55,322 nt of DNA from Oscillospiraceae bacterium (GTDB lineage: Bacteria > Bacillota > Clostridia > Oscillospirales > CAG-272): NCBI GenBank assembly GCA_015064025.1, contig SVSZ01000003.1, forward strand, positions 1 through 55,322, given 5' to 3'. The stretch's first letter is position 1. Every line of letters starts with the position of its first letter. The translations under genes were made by a program, and so were the position numbers. This document shows positions 16,121-26,947 of the stretch, one piece after another. Under the pieces are notes generated by a model. The model worked only from the letters and a program-made list of their open reading frames with translations, was not told where the DNA came from and ran no database searches.

Positions 16121-17745
16121 GTACCGCAAAGCTTTTGATTGGTGGGCTCCGCGTATCTATTGATGATGCGGAGGATGTGATTTTAAAGAAAGCAGAGGAC
16201 AGAATGAAGCGTGCGGGGATACGAACCTCGACGCTTCATTTTCGACTTTATAAAAAATCGATCGATGCAAGAAAGCGGAATGATATTCGTTTTGAATGCA
16301 CGGTGCTGGCAGAGGGCGAGTTTCCGCAAAGGACCTTGAGCGAGAACGCCCTTGCCAAAATGGATGCGCGAATTCTTCGAGAGGATCCGCTTTCCGTCTG
16401 CTTTGGAACAACACCTCTGGAGGCGCGTCCTCTTGTTGTCGGTATGGGGCCTGCGGGACTGTTTGCCGCACTTATGCTTGCAAGAAACGGATATGCGCCG
16501 ATTCTGATCGATCGCGGCGCGCCCATTGAAGAAAGGGCGCGTGACGTCAAGCGCTTTCGCGAGGAGGGTATCCTCGATACCGAGTCCAATATCCAATTCG
16601 GTGCGGGAGGAGCCGGCACCTTCTCCGACGGAAAACTTATCACTCGAATCAATGACCCCAGATGTAATTTCGTTCTGGACACCTTCGTCTCACACGGCGC
16701 CCCCTGTGAGATTCTGTATCGCGCCAAGCCGCATATCGGAACGGACATCTTACGCAACGTCGTTTCCAGTATGCTTTGCGAAATCGAGGCGCTGGGTGGG
16801 GAAATCCGATACCATTGCTGTATGATAGATGTTTCGGAGCGTGCAAACGGAACGCTTTGCGTTAAAACCACCACAGGCGAGTTCCTGTGCGGAGCATTGA
16901 TATTAGCTCCCGGTCACAGCGCAAGGGATACGTATTTCCGTTTGATTGAAAAAGGCTTTGCAATAGAGCCAAAACCGATTTCTGTCGGCGTTCGCGTGGA
17001 GCATTTGCAATCGGATATCGACAGAGCGCTCTATGGAGACGCCGCAGGACATCCGAATCTCGGTCCTGCCGAGTATACACTTTCCGATACACGTGGAGAA
17101 CGTGGAGTGTATACCTTCTGTATGTGTCCCGGTGGCGAGGTTGTGGCAGCTGCCTCCGAGGAAGGTCATTTGGTTGTAAACGGAATGAGCTATCACGCAA
17201 GAAACTTAAAAAATGCAAACTCTGCGGTCGCAGTTTCTATCGGGTGTGAGGATTTCGAGACGGTAAACGGAAGTCGAGCGCTCGGTGCGATTTCCTTCCA
17301 ACGCCAGATCGAGCGCGCCGCCTATATAACCGGCGGGGGAAACTACTTTGCGCCGATCATGACGATGGGAGATTTTTTAGAGGGGAAGCGGGGAACTGAA
17401 CCGTCGAGGGTTTTACCGTCCTATCGAAGTGGAGCGGTACGTATTGCTGATTTTGGAAATGTTTTTCCATCCTACGTCACAGACTCCTTGCGATACGGCT
17501 TTCAATCATTCGGGCAAAAGCTTTCGGGCTACGATGCTAAGGATACGATTTTGACCGCCGCTGAAACAAGAACGTCTGCACCCGTCCGTATTTTGAGAGA
17601 TCCGCAAACATTAACAGCAATCGGGAATCCCAGGATTTATCCCTCCGGAGAGGGAGCGGGATACGCCGGAGGAATTACAAGCGCCGCCGTCGACGGAATT
17701 CGTTCGGCATTGGCTTTGATGGCACGGTTTGCGCCATTAAAATGA
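16117..17745 (+). CDS. FAD-dependent protein of the COG2509 family (uncharacterised NAD(FAD)-utilising dehydrogenase)
   Basis: VVGMGPAGLFAAL dinucleotide-binding motif, FGAGGAGTFSDGKL, and C-terminal YPSGEGAGYAGGI. Confidence 0.8.
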   Translation: MSTAKLLIGGLRVSIDDAEDVILKKAEDRMKRAGIRTSTLHFRLYKKSIDARKRNDIRFECTVLAEGEFPQRTLSENALAKMDARILREDPLSVCFGTTPLEARPLVVGMGPAGLFAALMLARNGYAPILIDRGAPIEERARDVKRFREEGILDTESNIQFGAGGAGTFSDGKLITRINDPRCNFVLDTFVSHGAPCEILYRAKPHIGTDILRNVVSSMLCEIEALGGEIRYHCCMIDVSERANGTLCVKTTTGEFLCGALILAPGHSARDTYFRLIEKGFAIEPKPISVGVRVEHLQSDIDRALYGDAAGHPNLGPAEYTLSDTRGERGVYTFCMCPGGEVVAAASEEGHLVVNGMSYHARNLKNANSAVAVSIGCEDFETVNGSRALGAISFQRQIERAAYITGGGNYFAPIMTMGDFLEGKRGTEPSRVLPSYRSGAVRIADFGNVFPSYVTDSLRYGFQSFGQKLSGYDAKDTILTAAETRTSAPVRILRDPQTLTAIGNPRIYPSGEGAGYAGGITSAAVDGIRSALALMARFAPLK

Positions 17746-17764
17746 GAAAAAAGGGAGAAAAAAG

Positions 17765-18217
17765 ATGCAAACGAAGGCAATTGTAACCGAGGTACACGAT
17801 TCCTACGCAATTGTAGTCACCGAAAGGACTTCTGCTTGCGACGGTTGTCACAAAGCGGAAGAAGGCGGATGCTCCGTTTGCTCTTTGATGAGTTCCGACA
17901 GAAAAATGTCCGCGAGAGCGAGCAACGACATCGGTGCTCGCGTGGGGGATCACGTTGCTGTGGAAAGCGATACAGGCAGAATGCTTTTTTATGCGGCATT
18001 GATCTTCGTTTTGCCTCTCGTTCTTGGAATTCTCTCCTGGGCGATCGTTGCCACCTTTACCGATTCTTCCACCGCACAGGCACTGGGAGGCTTTGGAGGA
18101 TTTCTTTTGTGCTTCCTTGCGGTATTTCTTTATTCAAGAAGTCTCAAGGATCGGCGTTGCGAGATCAGAATCACGGAAATTCTTGATAGTGATGCGCGCA
18201 ACGAAGAGGAAAATTGA
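17765..18217 (+). CDS. RseC/MucC (SoxR-reducing system) family protein
   Basis: N-terminal beta domain with a Cys cluster (CDGC...CSVC), followed by two TM helices. 150 aa. Confidence 0.7.
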   Translation: MQTKAIVTEVHDSYAIVVTERTSACDGCHKAEEGGCSVCSLMSSDRKMSARASNDIGARVGDHVAVESDTGRMLFYAALIFVLPLVLGILSWAIVATFTDSSTAQALGGFGGFLLCFLAVFLYSRSLKDRRCEIRITEILDSDARNEEEN

Positions 18218-18243
18218 CTGTATTTGGCTTGATTGAGGTATAG

Positions 18244-20436
18244 ATGAAGAAATTTAAGGCAAAAAAGAAATGGAACGTACTCTTTTCCGATAGCGATACA
18301 CAGGCAAGAGCAACCGTGGAATCACTTTCGGAAATACTCGGCGTATCCGAAACCCTGGCAAAGCTCTTATACGTGCGCGGTCATCGAACACCGCGCGAGG
18401 TGACCGCTTTTTTTGACCAGGAGGAGGCACAATTTCACGATCCATATCTTTTGAGAGATATGGAGGCTGCTGTTGAACGCATCGGGCGCGCAATCGAGAA
18501 TCACGAAATGATCGTGATCTACGGTGACTACGATGTTGACGGAGTAACATCGGTAACTCTTTTATATCTTTATTTGAAAAAGCTCGGGGCAAACGTTATA
18601 TATTACATTCCTTCCAGGAGCAAGGAGGGTTACGGAATGTCCGCCGTAGCGATCGATGTTCTCAAGGAGCACGACGTCGGATTGATCATTACCGTTGACA
18701 CGGGAATTACCGCGATTGAAGAGATCGCCTATGCAAGCAGTCTCGGGATCGATACCGTTGTGACCGATCATCACGAATGCAGACCCGAGTTGCCCGATGC
18801 CTGTGCGGTCGTCAATCCGCACCGCGCGGACGATCCGTATCCGTTCAAGGAGCTTGCAGGAGTCGGCGTAATTTTCAAGGTGGTCTGCGCTTATGAAATG
18901 CACAGATGCCGTCTGTTAGGAATCCCTGAGATCGACGGCGTTCGCAGGATCTGTCACGAATATGCCGACCTTGTCGCAATCGGAACGATCGCAGACGTAA
19001 TGCCTGCGGTAGACGAAAACCGTCTTATCGTCACCTTGGGGCTTCGCCTTTTGGAATCTACCAAGCGTTTGGGAATCAGAGCATTGATTGAAGCGGCGAG
19101 CGCCAACCGCGCGTCAGACTCCAAATATCCGCCGAAGAAAAGAAAAATCAATTCTTCCTTTATCGGCTTTGTGATCGCTCCGCGTATCAACGCCGCAGGG
19201 CGTGTTAGCTCTGCTGATATTGCGGTCGAGCTGTTACTCTCTGACGACGAAGACGAGGCTTATCGACTTGCCGATGAGCTTTGTGAACTCAACTACTCAC
19301 GCCAGGTGGAAGAAAATAAAATTGCCGAGGAGGCATACAAAAAGATTGAGGAAACCTTCAATCCCAAAAAGGATCGGGTGATCGTAATTTCCGCCGACGA
19401 TTGGCAGCAGGGAATTATCGGTATCGTTTCCTCTCGAATTACGGAAAAATACGGGCTTCCTTCCATTCTGATTTCCTTTGATGGAGCCACGGAGGGGATC
19501 TTCCCTCAAAATATTGTCGGCAAGGGCTCCGGACGAAGCGTGAAGGGATTGAATCTCGTAGAAGCCCTTGCAGACTCTGAGGAGCTTTTGGTTCGCTTTG
19601 GCGGGCACGAGCTCGCGGCGGGATTGAGTATTCGTCGCAAAAACATCGCCGCATTTCGCGAAAAGATCAACGCCTATGCCGCAAAGCGACTCCCCGAAGA
19701 CGCCTGTTGCCTGTGTATTGATGCGGATTGTGCGGTGGAGATGCGTGAGTTGACGATGACGCTTGCAAAAGAGATTGACCGTCTTGAGCCCTTCGGAAGC
19801 TCCAATCCACCCCCCGTATTTCTGTTGCAAGGAGCAACGCTCCAAAGAATTCTCTCGATGGGCAACGGAAGACACTCGAAGCTGATCCTGGAAAAAGACG
19901 GAATTTCTATGACTGCTGTGTGGTTTGGAACCCCTACATCGGAAATACTGCTGGAGCCTATGGATACCGTTGACGTACTGTTTCAGTTAAACGTCAATGA
20001 ATTCCAGAACGTTACCCAATTGCAAATGATTGTACAGGATATTCGCTTGACGCCCTCTTTTGAAGAGGATCTTTCCTTACAAAGAAAAAGGTACTTAGAG
20101 ATCAGAAACGGCGCGGCTTTTTCTCCTGCGGAGGACGTCATTCCGACACGAAACGATATTGCGATCGTTTATTCTGCCTTGCGCCGCGAGTACCAAATCA
20201 ATCATACGTGTTTTCCCATTCGCAGATTGCTCGGAATGCTCAGAGCAAACGGTTATAATATCGGATACATTAAGCTTGAAATGATCATACGAATCATACA
20301 GGAGCTACAGCTCTGTGACGTCACGGAGCCGTACGAGGAATGCTTTATCTTTGATTTTTGTCATACTCCCGAAAAAACGAGTATTGAAAAATCCACCCTC
20401 TTAAAACAACTGAGAACACAAATACAACACTCCTGA
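18244..20436 (+). CDS. recJ: Single-stranded-DNA-specific exonuclease RecJ
   Basis: DHH motifs IYGDYDVDGVTS, TVDTGI and VTDHH, the DHHA1 motif GGHELAAG, and a long Firmicute-type C-terminal extension. Confidence 0.9.
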   Translation: MKKFKAKKKWNVLFSDSDTQARATVESLSEILGVSETLAKLLYVRGHRTPREVTAFFDQEEAQFHDPYLLRDMEAAVERIGRAIENHEMIVIYGDYDVDGVTSVTLLYLYLKKLGANVIYYIPSRSKEGYGMSAVAIDVLKEHDVGLIITVDTGITAIEEIAYASSLGIDTVVTDHHECRPELPDACAVVNPHRADDPYPFKELAGVGVIFKVVCAYEMHRCRLLGIPEIDGVRRICHEYADLVAIGTIADVMPAVDENRLIVTLGLRLLESTKRLGIRALIEAASANRASDSKYPPKKRKINSSFIGFVIAPRINAAGRVSSADIAVELLLSDDEDEAYRLADELCELNYSRQVEENKIAEEAYKKIEETFNPKKDRVIVISADDWQQGIIGIVSSRITEKYGLPSILISFDGATEGIFPQNIVGKGSGRSVKGLNLVEALADSEELLVRFGGHELAAGLSIRRKNIAAFREKINAYAAKRLPEDACCLCIDADCAVEMRELTMTLAKEIDRLEPFGSSNPPPVFLLQGATLQRILSMGNGRHSKLILEKDGISMTAVWFGTPTSEILLEPMDTVDVLFQLNVNEFQNVTQLQMIVQDIRLTPSFEEDLSLQRKRYLEIRNGAAFSPAEDVIPTRNDIAIVYSALRREYQINHTCFPIRRLLGMLRANGYNIGYIKLEMIIRIIQELQLCDVTEPYEECFIFDFCHTPEKTSIEKSTLLKQLRTQIQHS

Positions 20437-20467
20437 AAAAAGGAGAAAATCCACGGAGGTGCCTTTG

Positions 20468-22684
20468 ATGCGACAAGATGTTCATACCGATATCAGCGGC
20501 TTGTTGGAGCTCTTGCAGGCAACAGGAAAAAAATACGATCTTGAAAAAATTAAAAGCGCCTTTGAATACGCAAAAGATCTCCATGAGGGGCAGTTCCGCG
20601 CCAGCGGAGAGGCATATATTTCGCATCCGATCGCGGTAGCGGAGATTGTTGCGGGGCTTGAATTGGATACCGATTCTATCTGTGCCGCACTTTTGCACGA
20701 CACTGTGGAGGATTGCTCCGAGAAAACCAGTCTGAAGGACTTGGAAAAGAAATTCGGTCCGGATGTTGCGCTTCTCGTGGATGGTCTTACAAAGATCGTA
20801 ACCTTACAGGTAGAGGACAAGGAAGAAGCGCATATCGAGACGCTGAGAAAAATGCTTCTGGCAATGTCTCGCGATATTCGCGTGATCTTCATCAAGCTTT
20901 GCGATCGATTGCATAACCTACGCACACTCAACGCCAAGCCGGACCCGAAGCGCCGTGTGACCGCGTTGGAGACGATGCACGTATACGCACCGCTTGCCCA
21001 CCGTCTCGGTATGCAACGCGTCAAATTGGAGCTTGAGAATACGAGTTTACAATATTTGGATCCGATCGGTCACGAGGAAGTCCTTCGCCACATCGAAAGC
21101 AAATACGGCGAGAACGAGAACTTTTTGGACAAAATCAAGCTCGAGGTCGGCGCGCGTATGAAGGAGAACGGTATTCACTATACGCTCGAGGGACGCATCA
21201 AGTCGGTTTATTCGATTTACAAAAAAATGTACAATCAGAATAAATCATTTGATCAGATCTATGATTTTTACGCATTGCGAATCATCGTGAATACAGAGCT
21301 TGAATGTTATACCGCGCTTGGCTTGATTCACGAAATGTACAACTCCATTCCGGGAAGATTCAAGGACTATATCTCCACACCAAAGCCCAATATGTACCGA
21401 TCGCTTCACACGACCGTGATTGGACGAGACGGCATCCCCTTCGAGGTGCAGATCCGTACGTGGGATATGCATCACATTGCGGAATACGGAATTGCAGCAC
21501 ATTGGAAATACAAATCCGGAGCGTCCTCCAAGGAAGAGATCGACAAGCGTCTGGAATGGGTTGCGAAGCTCATTGAAATGGAGGATGAGCAACGCGATCC
21601 CGAGGAATTTTTGGACGCGCTCAAAACGGATATCTTCCACGACGAGGTCTTTGTATTCTCGCCCAAGGGAGACGTTTTCACGCTTCCTCACGGTGCTAAT
21701 CTGATCGACTTTGCCTATGCGGTACATTCCAAGGTCGCAGAGCGTATGATCGGCGGAAAGATCAACGGAATGATCGTTCCGATCGACCGCGAGCTGAAAA
21801 GCGGGGAAATCGTGGAGATCATCACATCCTCCGCCTCTAAGGGACCGAGCAGAAACTGGCTCAATATGGTCAAAACAAGCGCTGCGCGCTCCAAAATCCG
21901 CGCCTGGTTCAAAAAAGAAAAGCGCGCCGACAATATCCTTGTTGGAAAGGCATCTGTTGATTCCGAAATCAAGCGTCATCGCAAATCCTGCTCGGAGACA
22001 CAGCGCGATGAAATCGTCACGGCGATCAGTTCGCATTTCGGATTCAATTCTCCCGATGATCTTTACAACGCGATTGGCTACGGCGGCGTAAGCATCACCA
22101 AATTTGCGCGCCGTATCCAGGAGGAATGTGAGCGAGTCATCAAGATTGAAGAGCCGGTGCTTCAGGAGCCTGTCAAGATCCCCGTGGTATCCAAGCCTAA
22201 GAACGTAAAGTCCGACAGTGGCATTATTGTTGATGGAGAGGTCGGTTGTATGGTGAAGTTCGCAAAATGCTGTAACCCACTCCCCGGAGATCCTGTCATC
22301 GGCTTTGTAACAAAGGGATTTGGCATTTCGATTCATAAGCAGGATTGCCCCAATGTCGTACAGAGCCAAAAGAACCCCGAGAACGAGGAGCGGTGGAAGG
22401 CCGCACGCTGGGAGGGCTCTGCAACCCAAGGCAACGGGGCGAGCATTTACGAGGCTCTCCTGCAGATCTACGTTGATGACCGCATCGGAATGCTGGCAGA
22501 TATCACGACCACGCTGGCAGATATGCGAGTCTCTATTCTTCAGCTTAACGTAACCGCTCGCGGCAACGAATCCTCTATCGTAAACCTCAAGATCGGCTGC
22601 AAAAACATCGATCATTGCAATTTCATCGTTTCGCGCTTACGCGGATTGCGCGGTGTTGACAATATTCTGCGCGGATTTTCATAA
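20468..22684 (+). CDS. relA: Bifunctional (p)ppGpp synthetase/hydrolase Rel (RelA/SpoT homolog)
   Basis: HD domain (HPIAVAEI...LLHDTVED), synthetase motifs (YRSLHTTV, EVQIRT), and TGS and ACT domains. The ATG at 20468 lies 8 nt after GGAGG. Confidence 0.95.
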   Translation: MRQDVHTDISGLLELLQATGKKYDLEKIKSAFEYAKDLHEGQFRASGEAYISHPIAVAEIVAGLELDTDSICAALLHDTVEDCSEKTSLKDLEKKFGPDVALLVDGLTKIVTLQVEDKEEAHIETLRKMLLAMSRDIRVIFIKLCDRLHNLRTLNAKPDPKRRVTALETMHVYAPLAHRLGMQRVKLELENTSLQYLDPIGHEEVLRHIESKYGENENFLDKIKLEVGARMKENGIHYTLEGRIKSVYSIYKKMYNQNKSFDQIYDFYALRIIVNTELECYTALGLIHEMYNSIPGRFKDYISTPKPNMYRSLHTTVIGRDGIPFEVQIRTWDMHHIAEYGIAAHWKYKSGASSKEEIDKRLEWVAKLIEMEDEQRDPEEFLDALKTDIFHDEVFVFSPKGDVFTLPHGANLIDFAYAVHSKVAERMIGGKINGMIVPIDRELKSGEIVEIITSSASKGPSRNWLNMVKTSAARSKIRAWFKKEKRADNILVGKASVDSEIKRHRKSCSETQRDEIVTAISSHFGFNSPDDLYNAIGYGGVSITKFARRIQEECERVIKIEEPVLQEPVKIPVVSKPKNVKSDSGIIVDGEVGCMVKFAKCCNPLPGDPVIGFVTKGFGISIHKQDCPNVVQSQKNPENEERWKAARWEGSATQGNGASIYEALLQIYVDDRIGMLADITTTLADMRVSILQLNVTARGNESSIVNLKIGCKNIDHCNFIVSRLRGLRGVDNILRGFS

Positions 22685-22703
22685 GAAAGGACAAATAAAA
22701 GCT

Positions 22704-23162
22704 ATGAAGGCTGTCATTCAGCGTGTCGCGAATGCTTCCGTAACGGTAGATGGATCCGTGGTCGGAAGCTGTGAAAAGGGATATCTGATCCTTTTGGGAG
22801 TCGCTGACGGAGATACCGAGATCGATGCAGAGCTGCTTTGTAAAAAGATTGCAGGGCTTCGCATTTTTCGTGATGAAAACGAAAAAATGAATCTTTCGAT
22901 CCGCGACGTGGATGGGGAAGCGCTGGTCATTTCACAGTTTACGCTTCTTGCAAACTACAGGCACGGAAACCGTCCGGACTTTCTGGGCTCCGCCAAGCCC
23001 GACGAAGCCAATCGTCTTTACGAATATTTCAAATCCCTGCTTGCGAAGGAAATCCGACGTGTAGAGTGCGGGATTTTCGGTGCCGATATGAAGGTAACGC
23101 TGACCAACGACGGACCTGTGACGATTTGTATGGATAGCGAAGTTTTAAAAAAGAAGAGCTAA
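22704..23162 (+). CDS. dtd: D-aminoacyl-tRNA deacylase
   Basis: MKAVIQRV...ISQFTL...GNRP...NDGPVT, canonical Dtd motifs. 152 aa. Confidence 0.95.
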   Translation: MKAVIQRVANASVTVDGSVVGSCEKGYLILLGVADGDTEIDAELLCKKIAGLRIFRDENEKMNLSIRDVDGEALVISQFTLLANYRHGNRPDFLGSAKPDEANRLYEYFKSLLAKEIRRVECGIFGADMKVTLTNDGPVTICMDSEVLKKKS

Positions 23163-23173
23163 GGAATACTACT

Positions 23174-24673
23174 ATGAAATTGATTTTAGATGGAAACATC
23201 AATGCATATTACATCCAAACGCTTTGTATGATCTTCTTTCCCGGGGCAAAATTCGGTGCCGCCGAGCAAGAAAACCCAAACGCCCCCGAGCTTTATCTCC
23301 GCTTGTCGGAGAGCATAGACGGTGTTGACGTGTACGTTCGCGTTTGCGTTGATGGGAAAGTTGCCACAGCAGAAAAATTCTATGCTTACACCACAGAATT
23401 CGACGCAGCAAAAACTGCAAAAATGGCGTGTGGTGCCGCAGTGATCGCGGCGTGCGGGGAAATTCTCGGATACCGCCCCTCATGGGGAATGTTGACGGGA
23501 GTACGGCCTTCCAAGGTTGCCACCGAGCTTTTGCAATCGGGTATCAGCAAAACGCGTGTCAAGCGCATCCTTGCATCGGAGTATTTTGTGATCCCCAAAA
23601 AGGCGGCACTCGCCACAGACGTCGCGCTCAACGAACAAAAGCTCATAGGAGATCCTTCTCCAAAGGATTGCAGTGTCTATATTTCCATCCCGTTCTGTCC
23701 CTCGCGTTGCTCCTATTGCTCGTTCGTTTCCTACACGTCTCCAAAGCTTTTGAATTTAATTCCCGAATATCTGGAGCATTTGGCAAAAGATCTGGAGCAA
23801 ACCATTGCAAAGATCAAGGAATTGGGACTTCGCATATGCACCGTGTATATTGGCGGTGGAACACCAACGATCCTTTCTGCAGATCAGCTTCGTTTTCTTC
23901 TTTCGAAAATATCCGAGTTGATCGACGTCTCCCAATTGGAGGAGTATACATTGGAGTCCGGACGCCCCGATACGATCACCGCTGAGAAGATGTCGGTTGC
24001 CAAGGAATACGGAGTAACCCGCGTTTGTGTCAATCCGCAGTCCCTGTGCGAAGCAGTTCTTCAAAGCATCGGAAGGTGCCATACCGCAGATGATTTTATG
24101 CGTGCATACGAGGTGGCAAGAGCCTCGGGCATTCCCAATATCAATACGGATCTGATTGTAGGCTTGCCGGGAGATACCTTTAAAACCTTCTCCGCGACCT
24201 TTGATTGCATACTTTCCTTGCATCCCGAGAATATTACGGTGCACACCTTCTGTATCAAAAAAGCAGCGGAAATTCTGCGCCAGGGCAACGGTATTTATTC
24301 TTTGCGCGGCGGAGATGCAGGAAAATGCGTAGATTATTCTCAATTAAAGACACAACAAGAGGGGTATTTGCCATATTATATGTATCGACAGAAGAATACA
24401 GTCGGTAATTTTGAAAACGTCGGTTTCTCCGTGGAAGGTGCGGAGGGGCGCTATAACGTTTATATGATGGAGGAGGTACATTCGATTTTCGCCCTCGGCG
24501 CAGGTGCGGTCTCTAAAATGGTTGACTATCGTCCGAAAAACGGAGGAAAACCTGTCATTGAACGACTCTTTTATCCGAAGTATCCCTATGAATATCTCCG
24601 CGACGAGAGCACCCCTGAAAAAATTGCGGCGATGGAAAATTTTTACCTGAAGCACGGACTGCTTGAAAAATAA
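23174..24673 (+). CDS. hemZ: Radical SAM coproporphyrinogen-dehydrogenase-like protein (HemZ type)
   Basis: IPFCPSRCSYCSF radical-SAM CxxxCxxC motif. About 500 aa, in the conserved relA-dtd-hemZ order. Confidence 0.8.
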   Translation: MKLILDGNINAYYIQTLCMIFFPGAKFGAAEQENPNAPELYLRLSESIDGVDVYVRVCVDGKVATAEKFYAYTTEFDAAKTAKMACGAAVIAACGEILGYRPSWGMLTGVRPSKVATELLQSGISKTRVKRILASEYFVIPKKAALATDVALNEQKLIGDPSPKDCSVYISIPFCPSRCSYCSFVSYTSPKLLNLIPEYLEHLAKDLEQTIAKIKELGLRICTVYIGGGTPTILSADQLRFLLSKISELIDVSQLEEYTLESGRPDTITAEKMSVAKEYGVTRVCVNPQSLCEAVLQSIGRCHTADDFMRAYEVARASGIPNINTDLIVGLPGDTFKTFSATFDCILSLHPENITVHTFCIKKAAEILRQGNGIYSLRGGDAGKCVDYSQLKTQQEGYLPYYMYRQKNTVGNFENVGFSVEGAEGRYNVYMMEEVHSIFALGAGAVSKMVDYRPKNGGKPVIERLFYPKYPYEYLRDESTPEKIAAMENFYLKHGLLEK

Positions 24674-24718
24674 AAATTACGATCCTGATGTTTTCTGTCG
24701 GAAAGGAGAGTGCTTTGT

Positions 24719-25633
24719 ATGAAATATAAGACAATGCGATCTTTTACTGATGAAAATGCGTTGCGCGATTACGTGGCAGAGTGCGACCGCCGTCTGGATA
24801 CGGAAATCGAAGCGGCGTTGCGATGCATTGAGGAAGCACAGGATCTGCGACTGTTCGGATTGACCGGTCCAACTTGCTCGGGAAAAACAACAGCAGCAAA
24901 GAAAATCACCTCTTACTTAGAGGAAAAGGGTCTGCGAGTGCACGTGGTATCCGTGGACGATTTCTATTTTGATAAAGAGTATCTGCAAAAAAGGGCAGAT
25001 GCCGATCCCGAGATTGAAATCGATTATGATTCCGAGGATACGATTGATATTGATCTCCTCGCGGAGCAAACGAAAAATCTACTTGCCTGTAAGGAAACGT
25101 TTTTGCCAAGGTTTGATTTCCGTAGTGGAAAAAGGATCGGTGGGGAAACGTTGATTCCGCGTGCAAAGGATGTTTTCTTGTTTGAAGGAATACAGATTCT
25201 CTATCCACGAGTCAATCATATTCTTTCTCAAAGCGGAAATTATCAAAGCATTTATATTTGCCCCCTGAGCACCTTACAGGTAGGAGCACTTGACTTTGAA
25301 CCGAATGAGATCCGATTGATGCGGCGACTCGTAAGAGACTATCTTCATCGCGCAACAGCCCCGTCCTTCACCTTTTATCTTTGGAAAAGCGTGCGCGAAA
25401 ACGAGGATAAAAACATCTTTCCTTACGCTCATAATTGCAACGCACAGATCGATTCCACGATGCCGTATGAGATCGGGATGCTCAAGCCGTATCTGATGCC
25501 GCTGCTCGAAGAAATCACGACAGAAGATCCCTCATACGAGGAGGCAAGCAGGATTCTCGAAAAGCTTCGAGGTGTTTCCTCCGTGTCTCATCGTTATATG
25601 ACTGAAAATTCACTATACAAGGAATTCATTTGA
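24719..25633 (+). CDS. Uridine kinase / phosphoribulokinase family P-loop nucleoside kinase-like protein
   Basis: GLTGPTCSGKTT Walker A followed by VSVDDFY. AAAGGAGAG RBS 8 nt upstream of the ATG at 24719. Confidence 0.65.
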   Translation: MKYKTMRSFTDENALRDYVAECDRRLDTEIEAALRCIEEAQDLRLFGLTGPTCSGKTTAAKKITSYLEEKGLRVHVVSVDDFYFDKEYLQKRADADPEIEIDYDSEDTIDIDLLAEQTKNLLACKETFLPRFDFRSGKRIGGETLIPRAKDVFLFEGIQILYPRVNHILSQSGNYQSIYICPLSTLQVGALDFEPNEIRLMRRLVRDYLHRATAPSFTFYLWKSVRENEDKNIFPYAHNCNAQIDSTMPYEIGMLKPYLMPLLEEITTEDPSYEEASRILEKLRGVSSVSHRYMTENSLYKEFI

Positions 25634-26922
25634 TGAAAACGATTTTGAAAAATGCAACTCTGCTTCCCGAGTACGGCTTTTCCGATCGGGTTTTCGTAAC
25701 GGTTGAAAACAAAAAAATCACCGCAATAGACGTGCAAATGCCACCCACGGATGCTGATACCGAGATTGTTGATTGCAAGGGCAATCTTTTGATGCCCGCA
25801 TTCTACAACGCACATTCCCACGCCGCAATGACACTTTTTCGTGGCTACGGCGAGGATCTTCCTCTGCAACGCTGGCTGGATGAGCGTATTCTTCCCGCGG
25901 AAGATCGCCTGACATATCAAAGTGTCTATTGGGGAACACAATGGGCAATTGCGGAAATGCTACGCGGAGGTGTCGTTTCTTTTTCGGATATGTATATGTT
26001 CGAGGATGCCGTTGCGGACGCAGTGCTTGAAACCGGAATCAAGGCAAACGTTTCTCGATCTTTGGTTTCCTTCGATCCGGAGATTGATATGACCTCGGAT
26101 TACCGTATGGCAGAGGCAATTGCGCTCTATGAGCGTTATCACGGTGCCGACGACGGACGCCTACTCGTGGATATGGCACTTCACGCGGAATACACCAACG
26201 TTCCTCGCGCATGTGCTTACGTCGGAGAGTTTGCGGTCTTGCACGGACTCCGTATGCAGCTTCATCTTTCCGAAACGGAGCTTGAACACACCAAGTGCAT
26301 CGCGCGGCACGGAAAAACGCCGACGCGCTTCTTTTACGATCTCGGTGTTTTCGACGCTCCCACAACAGCTGCTCATTGCGTTTGGGTGGACGACGAAGAT
26401 ATTCAAATTCTCGCAAACAAGAACGTCAGCGTGGCGCATAATCCCATTAGCAATCTCAAGCTCGGGAGCGGCGTGATGCCTCTTTCAAAAATGCTTGCGG
26501 CTGGCGTTAACGTTTCGCTCGGTACTGACGGTACCGCTTCAAACAATCGATTGGATCTGTTGCGTGAAATGCAAACTGCGGCGATCCTTCACAAAGGAAT
26601 CCTGCGCGATCCTGCGTGTACGACCGCCAAGGATATGCTTCCTCTCGCCACCGCAAACGGCGCCCGCGCACAAGGACGCAAGGATTGCGGCCGTGTAGAG
26701 ATCGGTTATCGAGCCGACCTCATTCTGCTGAATCGTGAAAGTATACACAATGTTCCCGCTTACGATGATTATGCAATGCTCTCTTACAACGCAGAAAGAA
26801 CCGACGTTCTTATGACGATGGTTGACGGACGCATACTTTATCGTAACAACGAGTATACTCTTATTGATGAGGAGCGTCTCCGTTATGAATGTAAGGAGAT
26901 ATTTGCTCATTATTTCGATTGA
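25633..26922 (+). CDS. mtaD: Amidohydrolase, 5-methylthioadenosine/S-adenosylhomocysteine deaminase type
   Basis: LMPAFYNAHSHAAMT metal-binding HxH, HLSET, HC.W and GTDG motifs of the TRZ/ATZ-MtaD family. TGATG overlap with the upstream gene. Confidence 0.8.
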   Translation: MKTILKNATLLPEYGFSDRVFVTVENKKITAIDVQMPPTDADTEIVDCKGNLLMPAFYNAHSHAAMTLFRGYGEDLPLQRWLDERILPAEDRLTYQSVYWGTQWAIAEMLRGGVVSFSDMYMFEDAVADAVLETGIKANVSRSLVSFDPEIDMTSDYRMAEAIALYERYHGADDGRLLVDMALHAEYTNVPRACAYVGEFAVLHGLRMQLHLSETELEHTKCIARHGKTPTRFFYDLGVFDAPTTAAHCVWVDDEDIQILANKNVSVAHNPISNLKLGSGVMPLSKMLAAGVNVSLGTDGTASNNRLDLLREMQTAAILHKGILRDPACTTAKDMLPLATANGARAQGRKDCGRVEIGYRADLILLNRESIHNVPAYDDYAMLSYNAERTDVLMTMVDGRILYRNNEYTLIDEERLRYECKEIFAHYFD

Positions 26923-26947
26923 GTAGAGATGCGTGAGGTGGGCAAGT